Notes under the pieces: model-generated
The model's database searches: none
Seen by the model: only the letters and a program-made list of their open reading frames with translations
What the model was told of the DNA's origin: nothing
Translations under genes and position numbers: made by a program
Origin: an uncultured Methanosarcinaceae archaeon
Lineage (GTDB): Archaea; Halobacteriota; Methanosarcinia; Methanosarcinales; Methanosarcinaceae
DNA: 64,000 nt
Assembly (NCBI GenBank): GCA_963833425.1
Contig: CAWHXP010000008.1
Span: 574,526 to 638,525, forward strand
Direction of reading: 5' to 3'
Shown: positions 34,181-45,931 of the stretch, in pieces
How the letters are laid out: each line of letters begins with the position of its first letter
Position numbering within the stretch: position 1 is the stretch's first letter

Positions 34181-35616
34181 TTTAAGGGTTCCACACCCTG
34201 TTTGTAGAAGAGATCGCTGTATAAAAGCAGAAAAATCTGACTTGACGAAAACGAAACTTTTAATATTGAATAAATCAGACATCTTGTATACTGAAAAGGG
34301 AAGATAAGCTATTATGGCACCAGGTTTAAATTTAGAAAATCTGTCTCAATCAGGAAATAATTCCAGATTAAAAACGATGGGTTACACAAAATTAGGTGGA
34401 GAATATAGAAAGTTAGTATCAGAAGCAAGCCAACTGGCAAATTGTTTACTTCTTTTTTGGTTAAGTCTGAATCGATATCATTCACGCAAAAAATTAGTTT
34501 ATCGATAGCTATAGATGTTGATATCAATAACTTCTTTAACATCTCCAACGATCAATATGCGCTCAATTCTAGATTTGTTGTTATAGAAGAAAAAGCGAGA
34601 GAATTTTGTTTGAAAAGGAAGTTTGAATCTCGTGAAAACTTATGGTTTGATTACTATTGAAAATCTTCTGTTAATAGAATAACCAAAAATCATTTTCTTG
34701 CGAAGCATGCGGCCGATATATCTTGAAAAAAGTTAATAACCGTCACACTTACAAAGCAGAATGGGACGTTCAACACGTAGGACTTATTAATTCAAGAAAT
34801 ATATCGCAAATGTAATCAGGTTGCTATCAAATTGTTAAAAAATAATTATCTTAAATAGCACCGATGTCCTTTATGAATCTTGTTCTTGATGGAGATCATG
34901 ATGCAGTTATCGACATTCTCGGACTAGGATTACAGTTTGTTACGCAAGCTTAGCTGCCCGGAGACTTTAGTAGTTGCTGTAGTCACATAATTCTGTCTTA
35001 GCAAAAGGAAGCAAATTATATCTTCTTATTCGGTTTCCAATTCTTTAGATACAAACATCATTTAGTGAATTGAACGACTTTCCAGCTGTGTCTAATTTTA
35101 AAATTATATTTTGTGCATATAGTATGGTAGGAATGTAGTCTCTCAATATGTCGTTCTATAAGTCAAATAGGTATCTAGCCATCATTAAGCATATTATGTT
35201 CAAGTTTTTGATGGACGTTGATTAATTGCTAAGAATCGACACTAAATTTTGATAATTTCAGAAAATGATAAAAAATATTGGGGTTTAGTATGAACAGAAG
35301 TGAGTGTAATCTACCGTTAAATGAGTTTGCTTCTGAGATCAGACGCTGATTTCGAGAAGATTCCCATTGTCATGGAAATCTATTAACATTCATGTAAATA
35401 AATCTGGCTAGATAATTATTTTAAGATAGAGTTGCCCTTGTAAATCAAGAGAGTATTTTGATGAGAACGACAGTTCCGAATCAGAAGACCAGGTTGATTC
35501 CTAAATAATAATTAAAACACGATAAAATTATATACCTGCAAATAAACGAATTTAGAGAAAGGCAGTAGAAACTGTTGTCAATAACCTTCCTTTTCTCGAA
35601 TATAGGAGTAAGAATA

Positions 35617-35844
35617 ATGGCAGAAATGGAAATCGACGTTAGGGAGCAAACATGCCCTGTTCCGCTTGTAATATGCAGAAAAGCATTCAAGAGAGCATAT
35701 CCAGGGGACATTTTAATTGTAAAGGGCACGCATCAAGCATCTAAAAAAGAGATTCCTATGGCCTGCAAAGCAATGGGGCTCGAAGTGCTGGAAATAGAGG
35801 ATAAAGAAGGAGGAAAAGAGTGGGAGATAAAAATCCGAAGATAA
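35617..35844 (+). CDS. tusA: TusA/SirA-family sulfur carrier
   Basis: IDVREQTCPVP (CPxP) motif, 75 aa, GGAG RBS. Confidence 0.88.
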   Translation: MAEMEIDVREQTCPVPLVICRKAFKRAYPGDILIVKGTHQASKKEIPMACKAMGLEVLEIEDKEGGKEWEIKIRR

Positions 35845-35845
35845 G

Positions 35846-36270
35846 ATGAATAGATATTGGAGAAAAGACGGTAATTGCACTGCACAGTGGTGATTGGACA
35901 AAATATATAGTCATAATAAATGAAAACTGAGCCCTGGAAATAGGTACTGAAGTCTCCATGCTATTTACTTTCTGGGGGCTAATGCAGTTGGGAGAAGTAG
36001 AGCTGAAAGAAAGCCATTTCTCAAGATGAATGTGCTTGGATTTGGCAGGATGCTGGTAAAAAAGGGTATATAAGGCTACGTTGTTTCACTTAGATGGATT
36101 AACGATTTCAAGAAAATTAGAAAAAAGATGATACCCATCGAAAAGACCATTAAAATCATGGGCATAACGAAAGAAGAGCTTAGCATGAAATAGATCGTTA
36201 AGGGGGATTTTTGAGTCCATATATCCAAAAAATGAGGGATTCTAATTCAAATCTCTTTATCAGAGTTTTG
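35846..36270 (+). pseudogene. DsrE/DsrF-like (DrsE_2) sulfur-relay protein, disrupted
   Basis: EKTVIALHSGD / DKIYS / GTEVSMLFTFWGLMQL fragments in different frames. Confidence 0.65.
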
Positions 36271-36461
36271 AAGAGTTCTTGAGCTCTAGTTGCCAAAATC
36301 TGCAGAGTTTCCCCTAATTCTGCCTCTTTCCGACTCTAATCTCCTAATAAACCTGATTATTATAAATAAGTTAGAATCCTAAATTCCTGTAATTTACTGG
36401 AAACTATAAAATTTTAAATTTAAAATTAAGAATTTACGATTCAAAATGAGGAGGGAAAAAA

Positions 36462-37628
36462 ATATTTGAGAATGTAATTTATCTTGACAATGCCGCAAGC
36501 ACCAGGTTGGATGAACGGGTACTTGAGGCGATGAAGCCTTACTTTTTTGATACATATGCAGTAGCTACATCTGAATTTGGCTATTCTATGGGCATAGAAT
36601 CAAAAGAAGGACTTGAAAGAGCTCGTGAAATCATAATTTCAAAACTCGAAGCAAGTTCCGGAGAGGTAATTTTCACTTCTGGTGACACGGAGTCGAGCAA
36701 TGCAGCGCTTAAAGGAGTAGGTTGGGCTCTTAAGGAAAAGAAAGGAAAGCATGTCATTGTCTCGAAGATAGAGGATTTTTCTGTGCTGAATACAGCAAAA
36801 GCCCTCCAAAAACAGGGGTTTGATGTGACTTTTCTGGACGTGGATTCAGAGGGATTTGCATGTATGGAAGAATTAAGAAAAGCGATTACAAAAGAGACAG
36901 TTCTTGTCTCGATTCAGCACGGAAATCAGGAAATAGGGACTGTGCAGGACCTGAAGGCTATCTCAGAAATATGTGAAGAAAAAGATGTGCTCCTGCATAC
37001 AGATGCTACCCATAGCTTTACACGGCTTCCCCTAAGTGTGAAAGAATTGCCCATAGACCTAATAACAATGTCAGCACATACCATTCACGGTCCGCGTGGA
37101 ATAGGCGCTCTCTTCATCCGCAAAGATACCAGGATAAATAAATTCATGGATGGAGGTTTTCAAGAATTCAACTTGAGGGCAGGTGTCGAAAATATTCCCG
37201 GGGCTATAGGCTTTGGAAAGGCTATAGAACTCGTAACCGAAGGGGAAATAAGACGTCTCAAGTCAATGAGAGATCGGGTAATTGATAAATCTCTTTCCGA
37301 AATCCCGGATGTTACCCTCAACGGAAACCGAGAGAAACGCTTACCACAGAATGCAAACCTGACTTTCCATTATGTAGAGGGGGAATCCATAACTTTGCAT
37401 ATGGATATGAGGGGTTTTGCTGTGAGCACAGGTTCAGCTTGTTTTAGTCGTTCTCTAGAATCCAGTCACGTAATCAGAGGGATAGGAGGAGACCATGAGA
37501 GAGCCCACGGTTCTGTACGCTTTACATTCGGACGCTACAATCACATGGGCGATGCTGACGCGGCAATTGATGCCATGAGTGAAGTTGTTGCAAAGCTCAG
37601 AGAAATAAGCCCACTTGTAAGAAAATAA
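36462..37628 (+). CDS. iscS: IscS/NifS-like cysteine desulfurase homologue with Thr at the PLP-lysine position
   Basis: IYLDNAAST lies in frame upstream of the called TTG 36507; FTSGDTES, HTDATH, SAHTIHGPRG, STGSACFS. The codon at the RBS-predicted start (36462) is ATA. Confidence 0.88.
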   Translation: MFENVIYLDNAASTRLDERVLEAMKPYFFDTYAVATSEFGYSMGIESKEGLERAREIIISKLEASSGEVIFTSGDTESSNAALKGVGWALKEKKGKHVIVSKIEDFSVLNTAKALQKQGFDVTFLDVDSEGFACMEELRKAITKETVLVSIQHGNQEIGTVQDLKAISEICEEKDVLLHTDATHSFTRLPLSVKELPIDLITMSAHTIHGPRGIGALFIRKDTRINKFMDGGFQEFNLRAGVENIPGAIGFGKAIELVTEGEIRRLKSMRDRVIDKSLSEIPDVTLNGNREKRLPQNANLTFHYVEGESITLHMDMRGFAVSTGSACFSRSLESSHVIRGIGGDHERAHGSVRFTFGRYNHMGDADAAIDAMSEVVAKLREISPLVRK

Positions 37629-37716
37629 AATTTAACAAAGGGTAAGCATATCACAGGGAAAGTAGAATGAATGGAAAGCAGAATAATAAATTGAAGACGG
37701 AGAGATCGGTGAGACA

Positions 37717-38352
37717 ATGAAGTTTCCTTACAGTGAAAAAGTACTGGAGCATTTCAGGAACCCACACAATGTGGGAAATATAGAAAATCCTGATGGAAAG
37801 GGCCTTGAAGGAAGCCCTGCATGTGGAGATATGGTTGCAGTTTATATCAAGGTAAGTCCCGAAACAAAGGTTATTGAAGATATAAAATTCGAATCTTATG
37901 GCTGTGCCTCAAACATTGCTACAGCTTCAGTTATTACAGATCTTGCCCGTGGAAAGACTCTCGATGAGGCAAAGAAGTTAACATGGAAACTGGCTTCTGA
38001 AGAACTTGGGGGTCTACCTCCGATCAAAGCTCACTGTTCGGTGCTTGCAGTTGAGGGTCTGCGTGCTGCTATCCGAGACTACGAAGAAAAGCATGGGCTT
38101 GTTCTCGAAAAAGAGAGAACAACCGAAGAAGTTGTCCGTCGCAGACTCAAGCACGTTATGAACCCACTAACAGGCCTTGATATTATCCGCACGAACCTTA
38201 TCCTTAAAATAAGTATTGAAGATGGAGTGGTGAGGGTGGTTGTCGACTTGCCGTCAGATCACCAATTTGCTTCGGCTATCAAGGAAGACATTACAGAAAA
38301 GCTGAGGTCTTTGTGGGATGTGGAAAGAATAAATGTAGTATTTACAGCATGA
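37717..38352 (+). CDS. iscU: IscU/NifU scaffold fused to a C-terminal DUF59-like domain
   Basis: YSEKVLEHFRNPHNVG, SPACGD, YGCAS, LPPIKAHCS; extra ~75-aa tail. Confidence 0.9.
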   Translation: MKFPYSEKVLEHFRNPHNVGNIENPDGKGLEGSPACGDMVAVYIKVSPETKVIEDIKFESYGCASNIATASVITDLARGKTLDEAKKLTWKLASEELGGLPPIKAHCSVLAVEGLRAAIRDYEEKHGLVLEKERTTEEVVRRRLKHVMNPLTGLDIIRTNLILKISIEDGVVRVVVDLPSDHQFASAIKEDITEKLRSLWDVERINVVFTA

Positions 38353-38747
38353 AGGGAAGTATAACAGGAATCGGATAGGTTAAATTAAAACTAGAATATT
38401 ATTAACAATTTTTTTTCTATAGTCTTTTTTATTTTGTTTTTATGAAGAGAAGGCAGATATTCTTCAATCATACAAATGCATATTCCTTGCACTGAAAATT
38501 TAGTCATAAAAACACCCACCATTAATGTTGAAAAAAATCTACTTTTGGTAATTAGCATAGATGCAAATAATCTATTAAAAATGCTATTTTTTTTAGAACT
38601 GTCTAAACTATATTAATAGTATAGATGAAAATGTGATAATTGAACAATAAGGCAATATATTAAGGAATCGTAGAAAAAAACTAGGCTCTCAAAACTTTGC
38701 TGGGAAGATCCGATACTTTTAATACTTCATAATGCTGCTATCTTTTG

Positions 38748-39617
38748 ATGTCTGCCGGTGTACACACATATATGGAGTTGATTAGGTACAAAAATTGCCT
38801 AATGGCAGGTTTTGCGGCTACAATAGGAACGATTATAACTGAAAATATTATAGCATCAGATGCTTTTGACTTGTTTCATTTGAAAGACTACCCTCTTCTT
38901 GATATGGGGCTTGTATTTTTGGTAGTATTTCTAATTTCAGGTGCAGGAAATGCCATTAATGACTATTTTGACTTTAAGATAGATTCAATCAACCGCCCTG
39001 AACGCCCTATCCCCTCGGGAAGAGTGAAATTAAAGGAAGCCATGTATTTGTCTTATCTCCTGTTCACTTTGGGAACTTTTCTGGCTTTTTCGATCCAACA
39101 TATTTGTGGGTTTATTGCCTTTTTTAATTCTTTAATGCTAATCCTTTATGCAAAAACCCTTAAAAGTACCCCTTTTTTAGGAAACATAAGCATAGGCTAT
39201 CTTACGGGTTCAACATTTTTGTTCGGAGCTTCTGTTTTTGGATTTGGAGGGCTTAAAGCTCTTTCTGTACTTTTTGTGCTTTCAGCTCTTACTACAACTG
39301 CCAGGGAAATTGTTAAGGATATTGAAGATATGGAGGGAGATCAGATGGAAGGAATAGATACCCTACCTCTTAGGATTGGAGCAAAAAAAGCGAGCTATAT
39401 TGCAGCGCTAATGGGTTTCCTTGCCATATTTTTAAGCCCTCTTCCTTACCTCATGTCAGTACTTGGCTTGCGTTATCTTTACTTCGTCCTTCTGGCGGAC
39501 TTGGGTCTCTTTGCGGCTATCCACCAAATCCTCGCTCTTAAAAATCCGGCGAAATCTTCGAAAATGTTCAAAATCGCAATGTTTTTTGCTCTTCTAGCTT
39601 TCATTGCCGGAGTTTAA
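38748..39617 (+). CDS. Digeranylgeranylglyceryl phosphate synthase (UbiA family)
   Basis: [44 protein letters not shown]. Confidence 0.92.
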   Translation: MSAGVHTYMELIRYKNCLMAGFAATIGTIITENIIASDAFDLFHLKDYPLLDMGLVFLVVFLISGAGNAINDYFDFKIDSINRPERPIPSGRVKLKEAMYLSYLLFTLGTFLAFSIQHICGFIAFFNSLMLILYAKTLKSTPFLGNISIGYLTGSTFLFGASVFGFGGLKALSVLFVLSALTTTAREIVKDIEDMEGDQMEGIDTLPLRIGAKKASYIAALMGFLAIFLSPLPYLMSVLGLRYLYFVLLADLGLFAAIHQILALKNPAKSSKMFKIAMFFALLAFIAGV

Positions 39618-39972
39618 ATCATTTCAAATAAATTTCTCAAACCGATTCTCAATGACTCTTTTATTAAAAAAGATGCTTCTGTGTTGTCAATCATCTTTTA
39701 TAAGAGCTACTAAAAGTAAATTTGATTTTTTGGTCATGATTAAGAATTAGTGAAGTACTAAACATAGATACTTCTAGAACTTCAGTTATGGCTAAAAAAA
39801 TAACCGGCGCATAGAAGCTGAAAATAGCTATGAATGTTGAGATTTCCTGTTCAATAGATTTGGACACGACCTAAACTTCTCTAAAAGGTTATAAGCTTTC
39901 TAGCAAGGAAGGAAAGCGAAATTCAAGAACTTCTGAGCTTTATCAGCTTTTGAGTTTAGATGACTTATAAAA

Positions 39973-40275
39973 TTAGGTATTAAAATCAAGTCGGACATCG
40001 ATCACGGAATCCTCGTTTGCTTCAATTTTAGAAATTGTCAACAAATTACCTTTTCTGTCTAATAATGTAGCTTTTGTTACTTGAACTTGATGACCATCTG
40101 CCTGTTTCTTATTGTTGTTTTTGTGAATAACCAGAATTTTCTGGCCCACTTCAGCTCCTTCTCCAATTGTGGAAAAAATATTTTGTATGACCTGCTCAAA
40201 ATCAGAATAAATTAAAATTTCCGACTTATTTGCAACCTTCTTAATGATGCCAATCGGTTCCAGATTGAGGTGCAT
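39973..40275 (-). CDS. Hypothetical protein (weak TsaA/TrmO-like N-terminus)
   Basis: Clean 100-aa ORF, LEPIGII...SVIDVR; AAGGAAAG upstream. Confidence 0.65.
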   Translation of the reverse strand: MHLNLEPIGIIKKVANKSEILIYSDFEQVIQNIFSTIGEGAEVGQKILVIHKNNNKKQADGHQVQVTKATLLDRKGNLLTISKIEANEDSVIDVRLDFNT

Positions 40276-40799
40276 ATCAGCTTTCCTTCTTTACCTGTTA
40301 GCACAGGTATCATCAAATAATATTAAGTTTGGGTAATAATAATTTAAGATGTGTAATATTTTGTCCATTATATTTGGAATGATTTTGGTTTTGAATATTC
40401 GTCAGTTGTACATAATAACAAATATATATACTTTACCAAAAAATCGGGCCTGGCCATGAAATATCTAATGGATATGATTTAAATTGAAAAAAATTGACAT
40501 ATTTTTCCATTAAAATAGTGATGAACATGAATCAATTTATCAAAATCTAGCAAAATCAAAGTTTTACTTAAAATATTATTTTCTAATGTTTATCATTTAC
40601 TCTTTTCAGAGAGTAGTTCCAGTGCCATAAAGGATTAGGTGCTAGACTTTTGCGCTTTTAAAAATATACAATTATCTTTATTTGTCAGAAAAATTTCAAA
40701 TACAAAAATAACCTTCTTTCCTTCTTTAATAGTAAATTCAAAATTTCATTTCTACCAAAGAAGTGGTGTTAAGAGCATGCTTATGGTAATGAGTAGAAT

Positions 40800-41123
40800 T
40801 TAATGATATTTCCTGCGGTTGAATTCGTAAATAGCATCATCAACTTTGCTCGAGAGTTCATTCATTCTTTCGTCGATTTTGGTTTCAGTACTCTCTAAAT
40901 TTACTTTTAGAGTACGATCTTTTGATTCTATCTTATTTTCAAATTCCTGAAGCTTGTTATTGATAGAGATAATCATAACAGCTAGTGTTCCAACTAAGAT
41001 CATAACCGAGAGAATAATTAGGGGATTTGTGGATGCATATTCAAATCTTCGAAGCCATTCAAAAGATAAAAGGAAAGATGACAGAACCATCACAACAAGA
41101 AATACAGTATCTCTAGTTTCCAT
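40800..41123 (-). CDS. Hypothetical membrane protein (2 TM helices plus coiled coil)
   Basis: GAGGT RBS, two hydrophobic segments, charged C-terminus. Confidence 0.75.
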   Translation of the reverse strand: METRDTVFLVVMVLSSFLLSFEWLRRFEYASTNPLIILSVMILVGTLAVMIISINNKLQEFENKIESKDRTLKVNLESTETKIDERMNELSSKVDDAIYEFNRRKYH

Positions 41124-42954
41124 AGTTATACCTCTAGTGTACCTTTAGAAATTTTCTTCATTATCAAAATTTCCATGTTATAAAATGTTTAATATATTAT
41201 GTGGAGATATTTACATTAAACTATTAAGTCCAAAAGGAAGTATATCCATATTACGGAGGATTTTTGACAATTGATAATTTACGGAACGATTCGGAAATTA
41301 TTGAGTGGGCTGATACTCTATACTCACTCAAGATCATTGGAAGAAATGCTTTGCTAGCCATTGAACAATTTCTGAATGGACCGAAAAACCTCCGGATGAA
41401 CCGTCAAGTTGAGCTGAGTGGGAGTTAAATCTCGTTATCTGATGCGACAATGCAGTATAAAAAAGTATCTAATTGGATCCCGAAAGCACTTGCAAGAATG
41501 GAATAAAATTCCGACCTAATTGCTAAGACAACGTAGTAAGAGCCAAGAGCTTTTACCAGAACTTCACGAGTGAGATACCAACTTTACAAGGGGCTTGAAC
41601 CAAACAGTGTCATTCGGAGACAATAGATATGCTCACGAAAGATGATCTCAGGAGATCCTTAAAGTACGTGATCTATTAGAAAAAGCTGTCTTGCATGCAG
41701 GAGTGGCAAGAATTAAGCGTAAATAGAATCTGAAACCTGAAGGTTAGAAATCTTTAAAGCGGTGTGTGACCCTGAACCTGAAATTACAAATTTTGATTTG
41801 CGTAGTGGAAATGTTAGCTTCGATTTTGTGACTTTCTTACTCCTAAACGATCCTTCTAGTATGGACCAATCTGGATTACCGAGGTAGGACCAGTAAAAAT
41901 GTGAGAATAATCCGGATGCAGTAGGTAGAAAAGTTGGTAATTTTTTATGATTTCAGCTATCTTTTTGGTGGCTGGTGTGTCCTGGGTCACTATCTAAAAA
42001 CTAAGTACGAGGATTTGCGGAAGCTGTAACATCCAATTTTTAATTTCAGAAAAATACAGCAAAGAAGCATGGAATTTGAGAAGTTTTCATACCATCTTCT
42101 TTAAACCCAAGATAATAATGATCTTACTCTATTTTATAAGCTTAAGTAATTCAGCAAATTTCTTTCCAGATCATTAATCAATAAACGAAATCCCAGCCAA
42201 CACGATATGTTTTTGATTTACGATATTAGAGCTCATGTACAAGAAAAAAATAAAAATAAAAAGCTGCATGTATTAATTAAAAAAAGTAAATAGGTTGATC
42301 ATGGCAAGGCCTTCTAAATTAATCCTCGATATAGAGCATAGCGGATTGATGATAACGTTGCGTTAGAACTTTCAGACTCTCCTGTGAGCTAATCTGTGGA
42401 CGTGACATATTAAGCATTCAATGAATAGATGAAAAATGTAAAAAATTCAAAATCCATGTAGGATTTTCAGTTTTTACAATAAACTCAGAAATGTTATCTG
42501 ATGCAATTATAAAACTTCTTGAGTACTTAAAAAAGGCAGAAATAGGGAAACTGTCGATCAGTATTTAGATTTTAGAACGATATTTCTCGGAAGGCTAGGC
42601 ATAGGTGAATATCAAAAAGATGTTGTTTCAGAGAATAAAAATCAATATCAATCAATTGTCCAAGAATTAAATGGAATGAGGGTACAAATTATTGAGAAGT
42701 TTGATCGGACTTGAGAAAGGTACGAGTCACCAATTTTTAAACTTTCTCATTTGAACTCGACCTATTTTTGTTAGAGGATTCTGATAATCATAGTTTTTGG
42801 CTGGTTATTTATAAATTCTATATACAATTTGTTTAAATCGGGGATTTTTCGAAATCCTCTTAATAATATTTGTTTATATTCCTCCGGTTCGTTTTTTCGT
42901 TTTTTACTCCCAAGATAGCTTTTTACCTTTCGATTATGTAAGTCAAAATAAATT

Positions 42955-43317
42955 TCAGCAGGTTACGTGGAACATTCCAATTACTTTTCCTTTGCTTTTG
43001 TTCCACAGTTTAATTGCTTTGGGGGTGGGAAGTAGTTTTGCTTTGCAATCTCTTTCTTCGAAAAATTTACCGGCTTTTTTTGAAAGCTCAACGTATCCTG
43101 TTTGGCCAGTACCAATAATTAGCTTTTCCGCTCCCTTATCATAGATATATTTAGCCTCAGCTAGCGAAATTTTGTGGGAGGTTCCATATCTTTTTTTTGA
43201 AAGTTCTTTTCGGCGCTTTTCGGTTTGGCCATTCTTATGGATGATGATATCATGCTCATAGGTCTTACTTTTAACCGTAATCGAACCAAAACTGGTTGAA
43301 TTTATCTTCGGTTTCAT
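42955..43317 (-). CDS. Mth938-like (DUF498) domain protein
   Basis: SFGSITV..YEHDIII, LIIGTGQTG, TPKAIKLWN, MFHVTC; AGGAG RBS. Confidence 0.88.
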   Translation of the reverse strand: MKPKINSTSFGSITVKSKTYEHDIIIHKNGQTEKRRKELSKKRYGTSHKISLAEAKYIYDKGAEKLIIGTGQTGYVELSKKAGKFFEERDCKAKLLPTPKAIKLWNKSKGKVIGMFHVTC

Positions 43318-43387
43318 GGTTTTCTCCTTTCATAATGTCTCTTTAGATGTCTTTTTCGCATTTTTTTCTGGTTTCTACTCTTAATTT

Positions 43388-43450
43388 AGAGAATTTCGAT
43401 AACCTTTGGATTTAATGGATCATTTATATATTCTTGAGGACTTACTCACT
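43388..43450 (+). mobile_element. Solo IS5-family end
   Basis: AGAGAATTTCGATAACCT is the exact reverse complement of 45185-45202. Confidence 0.65.
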
Positions 43451-44070
43451 TGAGATATAAATCAAATTCTTTGTACGTTATAGTTAAATTTGTGCTTTAA
43501 ACAATTTAAGGTTAAAACCTCTTGACATTTTTTTTAAACCGCGTAAGTTCCGTTCGTTACGAATTATTAGTGGTTTGATTTTACCAAATGCAGCTTATTG
43601 AATATTTCTTTCGCAGAATTGGATGTTATTAATGACTGATTAAAATTTTCAAAGAGTGGTAATTCAGACTATCCTTGTGGTAAATTTGTAGCATCGAAAA
43701 AAAACTTTATATCTTTCCATAATCTAGAGCACAGTGTGCAATAGTTATCATAAACTATTTCATCTGAATTACTTGCAGGAAGTACTTACTGGATTCTAGG
43801 ACTGATATATTATCATCATGTTTATGGAATATGATGGAGCTCAGGGACCGCGAGACAAAAAAAGTGACTTTTTCAACGTGTGGAAACATCTTATCAAATC
43901 CCCACAAAATATGTTCAGCTAGAAGCCAGAGAAAATCAGCAATCCATCTTCAAGAAAAAGAAAATCGAGACAATGGAACGAATAATAAATCGAGCAGAAG
44001 AGAAATAGAAATTTCTAATAAGTAAAGTGATACCATCAAAGTTGAAACTTACACATTATGCACAAAGTAA

Positions 44071-45202
44071 AGAGTATTTCGATAAACTTCGGATTTATTT
44101 CTTAGCAGGAATTTCTCATATCTTCCCCTAAATTTCTCTATTTAATTCCTCTTTTTGGCTTTACTTATTCTCAATTCTTTGATTTTAAAGATAGCTTCCG
44201 CTATCTTCAATATACTTTTTTATTTTCAATTTCCTCAATTGATGGAGATTATAACAAAAAGCCGTACACAACATTTTTAGATTTACTCTTTTAACAGTAG
44301 TAACAAAAACTCTTCCTGCTTTGAAAATTTCTTTAGTTACTGAACAACCTCTTTCCCCTTTGACTCTTTTTGAGCTAATTCTCTTATTTCTTAATATATC
44401 CTTTATTCCCAGCGTATGTCCTTTGACTGCTCTTTTCATTGTTGCATTATACCCTTTCGTTTTTGCTCAAAGTATCCTCTGTCCCTATAAACCACTTCAT
44501 TTTCCTCTGTCACATCTACATACGAATCATGTACTTACGCAGTTGTTGTTTTGAATCTTCTGATCAGCTCATAATCTCTGTCTATTATATTATGAAGCTT
44601 ATATCCAAAGTGAGACTTGCCTCCCTTCTTTGTCCATGTTCCGTCTCTGCTTCTTCTTGTTTTTGCCTCATCTCTCTGCTTTTGCGTGTCCTGGATCTGA
44701 ATGGATAAAAGTAGCATCCTGAATAATTCCCTGCTTTATCTGTAAACCCAGAGCATAGAGTTGGCCTTGCAACTTTCCCCATATTTTCTTTGAAATTCTC
44801 GATAATTCTCTCCCTAAATAGCCATACAGTAGTACTGTCAGGTACGTATTCCGGAAATCCAAGGAATTTTCTAAAGGAAATTCGATCTATACACTGTTTC
44901 TCAAGTTCAAATCAGAGAGCCCATGCCATTGTTGTAAAACAAGCATTTTAAACATCACAATAACATCAGTTTCAGGTCGCCCTCATGAAACGGTTTTGTT
45001 AATAGACATAGACTCAAGAATAATAAGAAAAGTTTTCCAATCAATTAAGGAATCAATTTCAGCAATCTTATCTCCAACAAATTCAAGACGTTTATACTCT
45101 TCTTTAAGAGCAAAATCAGTAAGAGTTTTCATGAATATACATAAATATTGACAAATTTAAAGCCAACCATGCTCAAGAACAGGGAGGTTATCGAAATTCT
45201 CT
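44071..45202 (-). mobile_element. IS5-family element with a pseudogenised transposase (44185-45132)
   Basis: 18-bp TIRs (16/18 match); MKTLTDFALKEEY, KMLVLQQWHGLSD, IIQDATFI, DGTWTKKGGKSHFGYKLH, FCYNLHQL across several frames. Confidence 0.88.
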
Positions 45203-45931
45203 AAAGTTTTATAAATGTTATAGCTAAAAAAATGGTTTTTAGAATATTACGAGCTTAGTGATATTGATTTTCCACATCAACTTCGTAAGTCCCACGTACT
45301 TTGGAAAAGAGAGTTTTGAGACTTTTTAATATCTTCTGAGTAGTCAAAATCTATCATTAACTTCACTAGCATGTAACGCATTTAACAATAACCAGATAAT
45401 ATTAAAAATTTTCAAAATTGGCATATATACAACGTAACGTTCAATAATTCTGAATATCAAGTTTACGGAATAGAATTCTGATTTAAATATTTGTGTCTAA
45501 ATGCATATCATGAGAGTCAATAAGGGTATGTTTTAGAGGTTACAATAAGGAGCATAAATACCTACTTTGATCAAAATTTCACTAGGTAAGTTTGATACTT
45601 CAAAGTCAGTCTGCGTTGTAGAGCTACGTTCTAGATCTAGTTAATCCCTAATAATTTATACAAATTTGACTAATAAACGACAGACTTCTAATCTACTATA
45701 TCTATATCCACAAGAAAAAGACAGATTTTTTTATGGGTATGATAGTGAAAAGGGACATAAATTTGCGCTCCATTTCAGTCTTCGGTAGAAAATGTTCCTT
45801 ATTTAAGAAAAAAGATTGAAAATAAATAAATGTCAGTAAAGAGAATTTTATATATGATGCAAGAAAACAAAAGGCAGTCAAATATACAAAAGTATAAAAA
45901 GCATATTTCTAAGAATTAAGGAGTTTAACAC

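Noticed and set aside
34314..35000. Coding-like fragments after the YVTN pseudogene
   Set aside because: Probably an eroded gene, but no family was recognisable.
41250..42750. Coding-like eroded stretches
   Set aside because: Multiple stops and no recognisable motif; needs BLASTX.
43831..44025. 64-aa ORF between IS5 ends
   Set aside because: No motif or convincing RBS; may be spurious or a remnant.
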